Positions 1-9,144 of a stretch of 64,000 bases of DNA are shown here, one piece after another. A model generated the notes under the pieces. It did no database searches, had not been told where the DNA came from, and worked only from the letters and a program-made list of their open reading frames with translations. This stretch comes from a bacterium. GTDB taxonomy: Bacteria; Verrucomicrobiota; Verrucomicrobiia; Limisphaerales; UBA11358. The stretch is taken from NCBI GenBank assembly GCA_021817945.1, contig JAKAFL010000010.1:25363-89362 (forward strand), written 5' to 3'. The translations under genes and the position numbers were made by a program. Every line of letters starts with the position of its first letter. Position 1 is the first letter of the stretch.

Positions 1-256
1 ATTTTCGGAGGCTTGGTTTGAAGGCTTGCAACCCCACTTCCTGGGCGATTTCCGAAAACTCCTCCTTGCTGACCGTTTCCAGGAGCTTGCCACGGTTTTT
101 TAATTTTTCTTTGATTTTGATGGCCTTCTCAGTCATCTCTTCGTGAGTTTGCTCGGTGCCGCCCACCAGGGTGAATTGCTCACCCTGGGTGATTCGCTTG
201 TGGCCGTCGGAATCCAATCCCACACCCCACAAATGTGCCTTGCCTTTTGTTTTCAA
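1..256 (-). CDS. hypothetical protein, partial (C-terminal part runs off the window)
   Basis: Minus-strand open frame from TTG at 256-254 to the window edge. There is an in-frame stop at 304-302 upstream and no ATG. Translates (M)KTKGKAHLWGVGLDSDGHKRITQGEQFTLVGGTEQTHEEMTEKAIKIKEKLKNRGKLLETVSKEEFSEIAQEVG... Absent from the ORF track because it is truncated. No family recognised. Confidence 0.3.
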   Translation of the reverse strand, partial: MKTKGKAHLWGVGLDSDGHKRITQGEQFTLVGGTEQTHEEMTEKAIKIKEKLKNRGKLLETVSKEEFSEIAQEVGLQAFKPSLRK

Positions 257-382
257 TGGAAACTTAAAGTTGATTAAATCTAAGCCGGGCTTTGCTTTAG
301 GTCAAGAAAGGCCTGTTCCGGGAGGTAAATCATGACTTTGCCGGGGGTTGGGCCGGGCGGGGACAAAATGGAAACGGAATGA

Positions 383-1327
383 TTAATCACGGGGATTAAA
401 ATTGGATTCAGATGCCAACTGGGTCCATAACTGACGCTGGGCATCGGTCATTTTAGCGGGAAGGACAAGGCGGGTGACGACGAAAAGGTCGCCACGGCCG
501 CCATCGCGCTGGGGCAAGCCACGGGCGCGAACACGTAATTTTTGGCCGCTGGATGTGCCGGGGGGTATCTTGATGTTCACCTTGCCATCCAAGGTGGGAA
601 CGGCAATTTCCTTGCCGAGGGCGGCTTCCCAGGGCGCGAGATCCAGCTCATGAATCAGGTCGCTTCCGGAGACCTCGAAATCAGGATTTCGGGCGAAGCG
701 AACGTTCAGGTAAAGATCGCCGCTGGGGCCGCCGGCCACGCCGTGCTCACCGCGTCCGGCCAGCCTCAGTTTCTGGCCTTCTGCCACTCCGGGTGGAATG
801 CGCACTTGATGGCTTTCTGTGCGGTCCTCGTGGCGGACTGTCACGGTGCGCACCGATCCTTTCAAGGCTTCTTCCAGCGAGACCATGATGTCTCCCTCCA
901 TGTCCTGTCCCCTTTCAGCGGCGCTGGCGGATGAAAATCTGCCGGAGCGGTCCCGCATGCGCGCGCCGAACAACTGCTCGAAAAAACTACTGTAGCCGGT
1001 GCCGCCAAATTCAAAATCAGCGCTGGATGGGCCGCTGGGGAAACCGCCTTGATGGCCGGCGCTGCGGCGGCCCTGCGGTGAACGAAAATCAGCCCCGGAT
1101 TTCCAATCCGGACCCAGTTCATCATATTTTTTCCGTTTGCCCGCATCGCCAAGGACTTCGTAGGCTTCATTGATTTCCTTGAATTTTTCTTCAGCCATTT
1201 TTTTATCACGGGCCACATCGGGATGAAATTCACGGGCCAGTTTGCGAAAGGCCTTCTTAATATCGGTGTCCGAGGCGGTCCGCGGGACGCCAAGAATCTT
1301 GTAGTAATCTTTGAATTGAACTGCCAT
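383..1327 (-). CDS. cbpA: DnaJ-class co-chaperone without zinc finger (CbpA-like curved-DNA-binding protein)
   Basis: 314 aa. N-terminal J domain (DYYKILGV...FRKLAREFHPDV with HPD), a G/F-rich linker, then DnaJ C-terminal substrate-binding repeats. No CxxCxGxG zinc-finger block, so CbpA-type rather than DnaJ. Confidence 0.88.
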   Translation of the reverse strand: MAVQFKDYYKILGVPRTASDTDIKKAFRKLAREFHPDVARDKKMAEEKFKEINEAYEVLGDAGKRKKYDELGPDWKSGADFRSPQGRRSAGHQGGFPSGPSSADFEFGGTGYSSFFEQLFGARMRDRSGRFSSASAAERGQDMEGDIMVSLEEALKGSVRTVTVRHEDRTESHQVRIPPGVAEGQKLRLAGRGEHGVAGGPSGDLYLNVRFARNPDFEVSGSDLIHELDLAPWEAALGKEIAVPTLDGKVNIKIPPGTSSGQKLRVRARGLPQRDGGRGDLFVVTRLVLPAKMTDAQRQLWTQLASESNFNPRD

Positions 1328-1484
1328 GGACTAGCAATTTGCCTGAGGCGATGGGTTTGTCAAAGCTCGTGATTGCCATGGGTCCGCCTTGATAGGCGTC
1401 TGGCATGGAAAGGGGTCGCAAGGTTTTTTAAGCCTTGCCCTGGCCTCTCCGGGCTGCTGGGGAGATTTAGAGGGTTCGGCGCGT

Positions 1485-3050
1485 CTAGTGCGGGGTTTTG
1501 GTGTTGTCCACGCTCAAAAACAGGGTCCCGCCCTGGGCACCGAACCTTCTCCAGATTTTAAGCAGGATTTGATCACCTTTCGCAGAACGGCCATAATGAA
1601 CGGCGTCATCTGCACTGCTGATATTCTGACGGTTGATCTGGACGATCACGTCATTGGGCTCCAAACCAGCAGCGGCAGCGTTGGAATCGCCGTCCACCGT
1701 GGTGACCAGGGCGCCCTGCACAGAATCCGGCAGGTTCAACTGATTGCGGATGTCTTCATCCAAGTCGGCCACTTGCACACCATCCATGGCGTCCGTTCTT
1801 GGCTGTTCATTGGGGGCAGAGTTAACAGATTCAGGTCCGCTGCCAGACTCGGAAACGGTTCCCAGCATGACATTGATTGTCCTTGGAGAACCATTGCGAA
1901 TCAAACGTACTTGCACCTGGGAACCCGGCTCTAGTTGGGAAACCACGGCCTTGAGATTATCCGCCCCGGTCACAGGTTTGCCAGCCACGGAAAGAATGAC
2001 GTCCCCGGATTTCAGCCCGGCTTTGTTTGCAGGTGAATCAGGAAGGACATCGCCGATAAGGGCACCGTTTTGATCGGGCACGTCAAATTGCTGGGCCAAA
2101 CCTGAGTCCAAGTCTTGCGGAACCACGCCGAGATAGCCGCGGGTGACTTTTCCACCGGTCAATAGCCGTTCCAAAACCGTTCGCGCCATATTGGATGGCA
2201 CGGCAAAGCCGATTCCATTATTACCCCCGCTGGGACTTATGATGGCGGTATTGATACCAACCAGCCGGCCCTCGGAATCCACCAGTGCTCCGCCGGAATT
2301 GCCCGGGTTGATGGCGGCATCGGTTTGAATAAAATTTTGAATTTGGGCGCGGTTGTCACCATCAAAATCGAATCCACTCCTTCCCAAGGCGCTCACGATG
2401 CCCATGGTCACCGTCTGGCCCACGCCGAAAGGATCGCCAATAGCCAGAACCACGTCTCCCACCTCCAGTTGATCGCTGTCGGCAAGCGTGATGGCGGGCA
2501 GGTTATTGGCGGCAATTTTCAGCACGGCCACATCTGTGGAAGGATCCCGCCCGATGATTTTGGCAGGGTATTCCTTTTTACTTTGCCCCACTGAAACCTT
2601 CACTTCGTCGGCGTCTGCCACAACATGGTTGGCTGTGAGAATATAGCCATCAGACGAGACAATCACACCAGATCCTAAACCTTCCTCCCGTCGGAAATGC
2701 GTCTGATTGTTCTGATCCGGGGCGAATTGGTCGCCAAAAAACTGGCGAAAAAAAGGATCTTCCAAGAATGGATTGCGCTGGGGCCTCTCCTTGATAAAGC
2801 GTGTGGAAAAAATGTTCACCACGCTTGGGGCCGCTTTTTCAATGACCGGGGCAAAACTATTACCCAATCGCGGGTCCCTGTTGAGCGGACTTTTTTCCAG
2901 GTTGAAAACAGGAACCCCTGCCCGGACGGTAGGCGGAAACCGCAGGCTGGACAGCAGAACCACGAGCGCCATGGCGGCCAGGACCGATACCAAATAGCCC
3001 TTGGTCAACCGCATAAAATCCAAAGCACTGGGTTCATCTTGTTGTTCCAC
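1485..3050 (-). CDS. htrA: periplasmic serine endoprotease HtrA/DegP/DegQ family with two PDZ domains
   Basis: 521 aa. N-terminal hydrophobic anchor/signal. Trypsin-fold catalytic motifs TANHVV (His), DVAVLK (Asp) and GNSGGAL (Ser). Two PDZ-like C-terminal modules. Confidence 0.92.
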   Translation of the reverse strand: MEQQDEPSALDFMRLTKGYLVSVLAAMALVVLLSSLRFPPTVRAGVPVFNLEKSPLNRDPRLGNSFAPVIEKAAPSVVNIFSTRFIKERPQRNPFLEDPFFRQFFGDQFAPDQNNQTHFRREEGLGSGVIVSSDGYILTANHVVADADEVKVSVGQSKKEYPAKIIGRDPSTDVAVLKIAANNLPAITLADSDQLEVGDVVLAIGDPFGVGQTVTMGIVSALGRSGFDFDGDNRAQIQNFIQTDAAINPGNSGGALVDSEGRLVGINTAIISPSGGNNGIGFAVPSNMARTVLERLLTGGKVTRGYLGVVPQDLDSGLAQQFDVPDQNGALIGDVLPDSPANKAGLKSGDVILSVAGKPVTGADNLKAVVSQLEPGSQVQVRLIRNGSPRTINVMLGTVSESGSGPESVNSAPNEQPRTDAMDGVQVADLDEDIRNQLNLPDSVQGALVTTVDGDSNAAAAGLEPNDVIVQINRQNISSADDAVHYGRSAKGDQILLKIWRRFGAQGGTLFLSVDNTKTPH

Positions 3051-3065
3051 CAGCCATCATTGGTG

Positions 3066-3896
3066 TCAATGGGCACTCGCCTGACTGGCTTCCGCAGCGG
3101 CGGTCTTGGCATTGATCACTTCAATTTTTTCACCCCGCTTCATTCCCTCGGCTGAAGGGACCTTGATGATATCACTGGTCTGGGGTTCGGGTTGGGGCTG
3201 GGATTTGATGGACAAAAGTTCCACTTCAAAAATCAGCACAGAATTCGGTGGAATCCCAGGACGTGGCATTTCGCCATAAGCGAGTTCAGAGGGTATGAAA
3301 AGTTTCCACTTGGATCCAACCGGCATTTTTTCCAAAGCTTCCGTCCATCCATGGATAACGCCGTTGACAGGGAACTGAGCGGGTTGGCCCCTGCGATAGG
3401 AACTGTCAAACTCCTGGCCATTGATCAAAGTGCCACGGTAATTCACTGAGACCTGGTCGTTTGGACCTGGAACAGCTCCGGTGCCATTGGTGATGACCTG
3501 GTACTGCAAGCCGTCAGGCAAGGTGATCACCCCCGGATTATTTTTGTTGGCGGAGAGAAACGCCAATCCATCTGCCTTGTCCTTGGTGGCTTCCTGAGCC
3601 AGAACGGCCTTCTGTTTGGCCATCATTTTTTGTTGAAAATCCTTGATGGTAGTCTGCATCTCCAAAGCCGTCATCAAGGGTGTGCCATCCGTTTGAATGG
3701 TTTTCATGGCTTGGGCCACCACATCCATGTCAACGGAATTTGTGTCCAAGTTGTTGCGTTTGAAAAAATTCTGGCCCAACATCATGCCAATGGCATAGCT
3801 GATGCGTGATTTATCATCAGTCAACTGCGGAGTATTGTCCGCATGCAGAGAGAGCGCTGTGGCGAGGAATAAGGCTGGAACAAGGATTAATTTCAT
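3066..3896 (-). CDS. FKBP-type peptidyl-prolyl cis-trans isomerase, FkpA/Mip-like, secreted
   Basis: 276 aa. Signal peptide MKLILVPALFLATALSLHA. N-terminal helical domain, then a C-terminal FKBP domain (VNYRGTLINGQEFDSSY...VIHGWTEAL..MPVGSKWKLFIPSELAYG). Confidence 0.9.
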   Translation of the reverse strand: MKLILVPALFLATALSLHADNTPQLTDDKSRISYAIGMMLGQNFFKRNNLDTNSVDMDVVAQAMKTIQTDGTPLMTALEMQTTIKDFQQKMMAKQKAVLAQEATKDKADGLAFLSANKNNPGVITLPDGLQYQVITNGTGAVPGPNDQVSVNYRGTLINGQEFDSSYRRGQPAQFPVNGVIHGWTEALEKMPVGSKWKLFIPSELAYGEMPRPGIPPNSVLIFEVELLSIKSQPQPEPQTSDIIKVPSAEGMKRGEKIEVINAKTAAAEASQASAH

Positions 3897-4059
3897 GATG
3901 GCAGAATGAATGAGTGGACTAGCTTGGCTTGCTTGTTGGATTCAGGGTTTCAAGGATTTTATCTTCTTGGTGGAAAAACATTAACACATTGGCTGGAATG
4001 CATGATGTCTATCTCTAAAATATAGTTTAAAAATAAGGTTTAAAATTCGTTTAAACAAA

Positions 4060-4090
4060 CAAAAAACGCCGAAGTTTAGACTTCGGCGTT
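4060..4090 (-). terminator. rho-independent terminator downstream of rpsG
   Basis: Minus strand reads ACGCCGAAG-tctaaa-CTTCGGCGT followed by TTTTTTGTTTG. The perfect 9-bp stem lies at 4066-4089, 20 nt after the rpsG stop. Confidence 0.65.
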
Positions 4091-4108
4091 GAGAAAATGC
4101 TCAAAAAA

Positions 4109-4582
4109 TCACCAACGAAAATGAGCAAAGGCCTTGTTGGCTTGGGCCATTTTATGGACTTCGTCCCGTTTACGAATGGCATTGCCCTGACCTTGGTAAG
4201 CCTCCATGATTTCGGCGGCAAGGGCTGATTTCATGGGTGTCCCCTTGCGCGCATCGGCAAAATCCACAATCCAGCGCAAGGCCAATGCATTTTGGCGGTC
4301 GCCGGGAATTTCCAAAGGCACCTGATAGGTGGCGCCACCCACCCTACGGGCCTTGGTTTCGATCCTGGGTTTGGCGTTGTCCACTGCCCTCTGGAGAATC
4401 TCAATGGGATTGCTGGCCGGATTCTTCTCGGAAATGGTCTCAAAAGCCCCGTAAACAATCCTTTGCGCGGTGCTTTTTTTGCCGGACACCATCACGGTGT
4501 TGACCAAGCGGGTGACCAAGACGCTTTGAAATTTGCCATCCTTCACCATGGGCCGTTTGTCTGCTTGACGTCTGCGGGACAT
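4109..4582 (-). CDS. rpsG: 30S ribosomal protein S7
   Basis: 157 aa, MSRRRQADKR...VEVRSRRVGGATYQVP-type core (here KARRVGGATYQVPLEI), ending ...AFAHFRW. Sits immediately downstream of rpsL. Confidence 0.97.
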   Translation of the reverse strand: MSRRRQADKRPMVKDGKFQSVLVTRLVNTVMVSGKKSTAQRIVYGAFETISEKNPASNPIEILQRAVDNAKPRIETKARRVGGATYQVPLEIPGDRQNALALRWIVDFADARKGTPMKSALAAEIMEAYQGQGNAIRKRDEVHKMAQANKAFAHFRW

Positions 4583-4625
4583 AAATAATGATTCTATTTA
4601 GGATTTTGAATTTTCAAAGGCTGGC

Positions 4626-5021
4626 TCATTTTGCCGGAGCGGCCGCCTTTTCCTTGGGCCGCTTCACGCCGTATTTGGAACGGCTCACGCGGCGTTTTTC
4701 CACCCCGGCAGCGTCCAATGTCCCACGAACAATGTGATAGCGCACACCGGGAAGATCTTTTACGCGGCCTCCGCGGATCAAGACGATGGAGTGCTCCTGC
4801 AAATTGTGGCCTTCATCTGGTATATAGGCAATAACCTCGTACCCATTTGTCAACCGAACTTTGGCCACCTTGCGCATGGCTGAGTTGGGCTTCTTGGGCG
4901 TACGGGTCATGACCTGAATGCATACTCCGCGCCGAAATGGCGAGTTCTCCAAGGCCGGAGACTTGGACTTGTACTTAACTTTCGTGCGGCCCTTACGGAC
5001 CAGTTGATTAATTGTCGGCAT
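4626..5021 (-). CDS. rpsL: 30S ribosomal protein S12
   Basis: 131 aa, [12 protein letters not shown]...[20 protein letters not shown]...[16 protein letters not shown], the canonical S12 sequence. Confidence 0.97.
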   Translation of the reverse strand: MPTINQLVRKGRTKVKYKSKSPALENSPFRRGVCIQVMTRTPKKPNSAMRKVAKVRLTNGYEVIAYIPDEGHNLQEHSIVLIRGGRVKDLPGVRYHIVRGTLDAAGVEKRRVSRSKYGVKRPKEKAAAPAK

Positions 5022-5532
5022 TTTATCTTGGGCTATGAATTTCCCGCCCCAATTCCTGAAACACTGCTGTTCCAGTCGAATGGAGCGTTTAAACTAGCCA
5101 AGTCGTTGAAATGTGGCAAGTCTTTTTTGAAGTATTTTGGTTTTCCATTTTCTCGCCTGCGATCCTGGCTGAGGCGCAGTTCGGCCCAGGCTTAAACCTT
5201 CATGCAAACATCGGTATGAGAATCGCTTTTAACCATGATCACAGAAGGATCCCGGCTGATTGACCATAACCCCCCGGCCCAAAGCCAGACATGGAATGAC
5301 TGGTATCCGGGCTAACTGTTCAGGCCCTTTCAAACCGATAAAAATAGAAACCCAGGAATTTTGGGACCATTTGGCTTGAGCCACCCAATACCCCTTGGAG
5401 TCATCAGATCAAAATAGTCGTTACCTGTTTTTGACCAATTAGATATGTGATTTATCAAAGAGGAATTTTCACACTCAGAAAGATGCCGGGAACCCCTGAA
5501 TGCGCAACCCGGTTTCCAAGATGACTCCGGAA

Positions 5533-8322
5533 TCAGGCTTGGGAATCTATCTGAGTAATGGCTTCCATCAATTTTTCCCTGATTTGCTTTTGGCGTTCGA
5601 GGGATGTGATCTTTCCGCCGGTTCGTTCCCTGACGTAAAAGGCGTCTATGGCAGCGCCACGCTCTGTCAGGATTCGAGCACTTTCGATATCTATGGCCAG
5701 TTCAGTGAAGGTTTGTGAAATGACATAAAGGAGGCCCAAGCGGTCCTCGGTTTCGATTTCCACAACCGTGCGATTTTCGGAAGCCTCGTTGTCAAAATGA
5801 ATTTCCGTGGGCATTCGTTCACCCAAATAGGCCTGGTAGGTGGGACGGGTGAGCCGCTGGCGTTCGATCAAGGAACGCAATTGGACTGCTTCTCCATTTA
5901 GTATCCTTTCAAAGAGCCGGGTGAATTTTTCATACTGTTCACGCGTGCCAAGGAGGCCCGTCCGGGAATCGTTCACAAAGAGTGTGTCCAGAACAATCCC
6001 ATCATCGCGTGTAAAAATTTGTGCGCCCAGGATGTTCAGCCCGGTGGCGCTCAACGAACCTGCAATCTTGAGAAAAAGTCCTGCTTGATCCCATGTGCAG
6101 AGTTTGAGCAGGTTGTAACCGCGGTCCGGTTCGTCCTTCCACAAAGTGGCAAGGGAAAAGGTCTGGGCATCCGATGCCTGGAGATTCTTGAAAAAATCAT
6201 GGGTCAGAGTCAGATCCTCACAGATATCCATTGCTGAGCGGGTCTCGTAGTAGCGGGGAGGAAGTTTCTCGAAATGAGCTTCAAGTTCATCATTAGTAAT
6301 GGTGGAGGGGCTGGATCCGCGCACTTCTTTTTGCAGTTGTTCCCGTTGTTCCCGGCCGGCACGAATGAATTCAGATCCCCCGGTCAGGAGGGTCATAGTT
6401 CGGGAGTGGAGCTGCCACAGGAGCGAGTCCTTAAACCCATTCCATAATTTGTCGCTGGTGCCTTGGGAATCGGCAAATGTGAGCAAAGCCAGGAGATCAA
6501 GGTTTTCGGGGGTTCCCATTTGGCGCGCAAAATTGCGGATCACGAGAGGGTCATCCAGATCGCGGCGCTGGGAGATATTGGCCAGAAGCAGGTGGTTCTC
6601 CACCAGAAAGCCAAGGACCCCTTGCGAGGGCGGGTCCAGATGGAGGCGCCGGGCCGCTCGCAACGCCATCACGGCGCTGGCCTCAGCATGGCGGCCCTGA
6701 ATGTGGGGGGCGGATTTTCCGACATCGTGCAGCAACAGGGCCAGGTAAAGCAAACCCGGACGCTCAAGTCCCTTGAAGAGGGAAGCGTAACGCTGGAACG
6801 GGGGCGATTGGGCTTCCCAGATTTTGTCCAACTGCTCGATGCAAACCAGGGTGTGCTCATCAGCGGCGTATTGGTGGTAAAACTCATGCTGCACCAGACA
6901 GGTCAATTTTCCAAACTCGGGAATATATTTGCCCAACAGGTTCACCTCGTGCATGGCGCGGAGAGCGGGGGCCACTTCCCCCCGCCTCTCAAGGAGGGTC
7001 AGGAACGTCTCACGCACATGTTCATCCGTGAGAAAGGATCGGTTGACCAGGGAGAGTTGGTTTCGGATGAGTTGCGACAAGTCTGGATGGAGGCGCAGTT
7101 GGCGTTGTTGGGCATGAAGAAACACCCGCATAAGGCGGCGTGGCGAATCCCGAAAGATACGGTTTGAAGCGGCGCGAATTTCGCCATCCACGAACACAAA
7201 GCCATCCACGGGTTCGGGTGGCAGGCGGCGGCGGCGCGGCAAAAGGCGGCGGAGGCGGGCCAGGCGACTTTGGGCGTCTGGTGGCAGGAGAGCCATGCGT
7301 TGTTCCAAGGTCCGGGTAATAAGATAAATATTGCGCGTGTGGGTATAGAGGTCGCGCATGAATTTTTCGATCCGCCGACTGGGTGAGCGGTCGGAGTAGC
7401 CCAGGTTGCCGGCCACGGCTGGCTGGATGTTCTTGCCCAACACATCTCCGGCACGGTTGATTTGGTAGTGAAGCTCGTTCCTGGTGCGCAGCAGGAAATC
7501 ATAGGCCGCCTCGAGTTGTTTTCGTTCCCCGGCGGATACAAATTCACGTGCTTGAAGTTCTTCCAGGGAACGGGTGCGGTACTTGAAAAAGCTCATCCAG
7601 AGCAGGTTTTGGAAGTCTCTCAAGCCTCCGCAGCCATTTTTTAGGTTCGGTTCCTGCATGCAGGCGCTGTTGCCATATTTTGAGCGCCGGGTGGACTGGT
7701 CTTCCAGGCGCGAGGCTATGTATTTCTCTTCGAAGCCCATCACGCAACGGCTCACCACGGCTTTTTCAAATTTCTTGAATAGAACTTCATCTCCGGTGAT
7801 GCATCGGGCCTCAATCAGTGCTGTCTTGGACTGCATGTCTCCATTAGCCACGTTGACGCATTCCTCCACTGTGCGAACGGCGTAGCCCACCTTCAGGCCT
7901 ATGTCCCAGAGCGGGTAAAGGACGCCGTCAATCATTTGGGCCAGATGTGGCAGTGGTTTTCCCACGGCCACCTGCCCCTCATGAAGAAACATCACGTCAA
8001 TATCACTGTGCGGGTTCAATTCCGCCCGTCCATAGCCGCCGGTGGCCACAAGGGCCAGCCTGGGAAATTCCCTCTGGGCCTGGGCGGAAAGCCCCTGCCG
8101 GGCGAGGAGCCACAGATGCCGGAGCAGGCCATCCAATATGGCTGACCTGGCAGCACAAATGCGGCGACCCTCCGCTCCCGCCCTGTGTTCAATTCGCAGG
8201 CGGTGAGTCTGGATTTTCAGGAAGCTTTTACAGGCTGCCAGACGTTCGGCCTGGGTGCTGTCCGGGGGTAGGCTCAGCCTCGCCCCGGCTGCGGCCTCGA
8301 TTTTTTTGATGAGATCCTGCAC
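5533..8322 (-). CDS. glnD: [protein-PII] uridylyltransferase/uridylyl-removing enzyme
   Basis: 929 aa. Nucleotidyltransferase motif GGYGRAELNPHSDIDV, an HD domain (LLLHDVGK) and two C-terminal ACT-like repeats. Length and domain order are typical of GlnD. Confidence 0.88.
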   Translation of the reverse strand: MQDLIKKIEAAAGARLSLPPDSTQAERLAACKSFLKIQTHRLRIEHRAGAEGRRICAARSAILDGLLRHLWLLARQGLSAQAQREFPRLALVATGGYGRAELNPHSDIDVMFLHEGQVAVGKPLPHLAQMIDGVLYPLWDIGLKVGYAVRTVEECVNVANGDMQSKTALIEARCITGDEVLFKKFEKAVVSRCVMGFEEKYIASRLEDQSTRRSKYGNSACMQEPNLKNGCGGLRDFQNLLWMSFFKYRTRSLEELQAREFVSAGERKQLEAAYDFLLRTRNELHYQINRAGDVLGKNIQPAVAGNLGYSDRSPSRRIEKFMRDLYTHTRNIYLITRTLEQRMALLPPDAQSRLARLRRLLPRRRRLPPEPVDGFVFVDGEIRAASNRIFRDSPRRLMRVFLHAQQRQLRLHPDLSQLIRNQLSLVNRSFLTDEHVRETFLTLLERRGEVAPALRAMHEVNLLGKYIPEFGKLTCLVQHEFYHQYAADEHTLVCIEQLDKIWEAQSPPFQRYASLFKGLERPGLLYLALLLHDVGKSAPHIQGRHAEASAVMALRAARRLHLDPPSQGVLGFLVENHLLLANISQRRDLDDPLVIRNFARQMGTPENLDLLALLTFADSQGTSDKLWNGFKDSLLWQLHSRTMTLLTGGSEFIRAGREQREQLQKEVRGSSPSTITNDELEAHFEKLPPRYYETRSAMDICEDLTLTHDFFKNLQASDAQTFSLATLWKDEPDRGYNLLKLCTWDQAGLFLKIAGSLSATGLNILGAQIFTRDDGIVLDTLFVNDSRTGLLGTREQYEKFTRLFERILNGEAVQLRSLIERQRLTRPTYQAYLGERMPTEIHFDNEASENRTVVEIETEDRLGLLYVISQTFTELAIDIESARILTERGAAIDAFYVRERTGGKITSLERQKQIREKLMEAITQIDSQA

Positions 8323-8490
8323 GGCGCACTAAATTGCGTGCAAATCTCCCACATGGCAAGCCGCCTTGCATGAGGTTTCCCTGAAAATTACAGCCAACCC
8401 CGGGCGGCATCCCGGCGCTTCCGGCCCACCCCCGGCTCCGATGCATCGAAACCTTGTCCAAAGTTCGGCGTTCAATAGACTTTTACAACA

Positions 8491-9105
8491 ATGGCTGACA
8501 ATCCCGACCTGGATGCCGTCCTCATGCTGCGTGTCAAGCACGGCGACCGTGAGGCGTTTGAGGCATTGGTCGAAAAATACAAGCAGCCTGTCATGAATTT
8601 TGTGAGAAGGTCCCTCCATGACGAGCATGAGGCGGAAGATCTGGCCCAGAATGTTTTCCTGCAAGTTTACAAATCCCGCGACCGCTACAAACCAAGCGCG
8701 CGGTTTTCCACCTGGCTTTTCACCATTGCTCGAAACCTTTGCCTGAACGAAATCCGGAGGCGTTCACGACATCCAGCCGATTCCCTGGAGGAGACCCACC
8801 CCTCCGGAGAGGATGTGCCATCCCGCCAATACGAGGACAAATCGGCCACACTACCACCGCAAAACCTTTTGCAACGAGAATTGGAGTCAAAAATAGAGGA
8901 AGCTCTGGCTCAGCTGCCTGAAAACCAGCGGTCAGCCATACTCCTCTGCCGACAGGATGAATTGTCCTACGAGGAAATAGCCAAGGTGCTTGGGTGTTCT
9001 CTTTCAGCCACCAAGTCGTTGATTCATCGCGGGCGTGAAACCCTCAAGGAAAAACTGGCGGTTTACCTGAGGCCGACACGGCCTCAAGGCCAGCGCCCCT
9101 CATAA
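8491..9105 (+). CDS. RNA polymerase sigma-70 family, ECF subfamily
   Basis: 204 aa. Region 2 (FEALVEKYKQPVMNFV...DLAQNVFLQVY...FSTWLFTIARN) and region 4 HTH (LSYEEIAKVLGCSLSATKSLIHRGRETL). Confidence 0.9.
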   Translation: MADNPDLDAVLMLRVKHGDREAFEALVEKYKQPVMNFVRRSLHDEHEAEDLAQNVFLQVYKSRDRYKPSARFSTWLFTIARNLCLNEIRRRSRHPADSLEETHPSGEDVPSRQYEDKSATLPPQNLLQRELESKIEEALAQLPENQRSAILLCRQDELSYEEIAKVLGCSLSATKSLIHRGRETLKEKLAVYLRPTRPQGQRPS

Positions 9106-9144
9106 CCGACAATACACAGTGGAACCCCGCGACTGGATGATTTT

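Noticed and set aside
542-1293. Long ORFs antisense to, or out of frame with, cbpA (542-934+, 862-1293-, 931-1173+). Similar shadow ORFs occur inside nearly every large gene, for example within glnD, korA, the kinase genes and recG.
   Set aside because: These are typical high-GC shadow frames. They have low-complexity R/P/G/A-rich translations and no motifs, and each is fully nested in a gene with clear family signatures.
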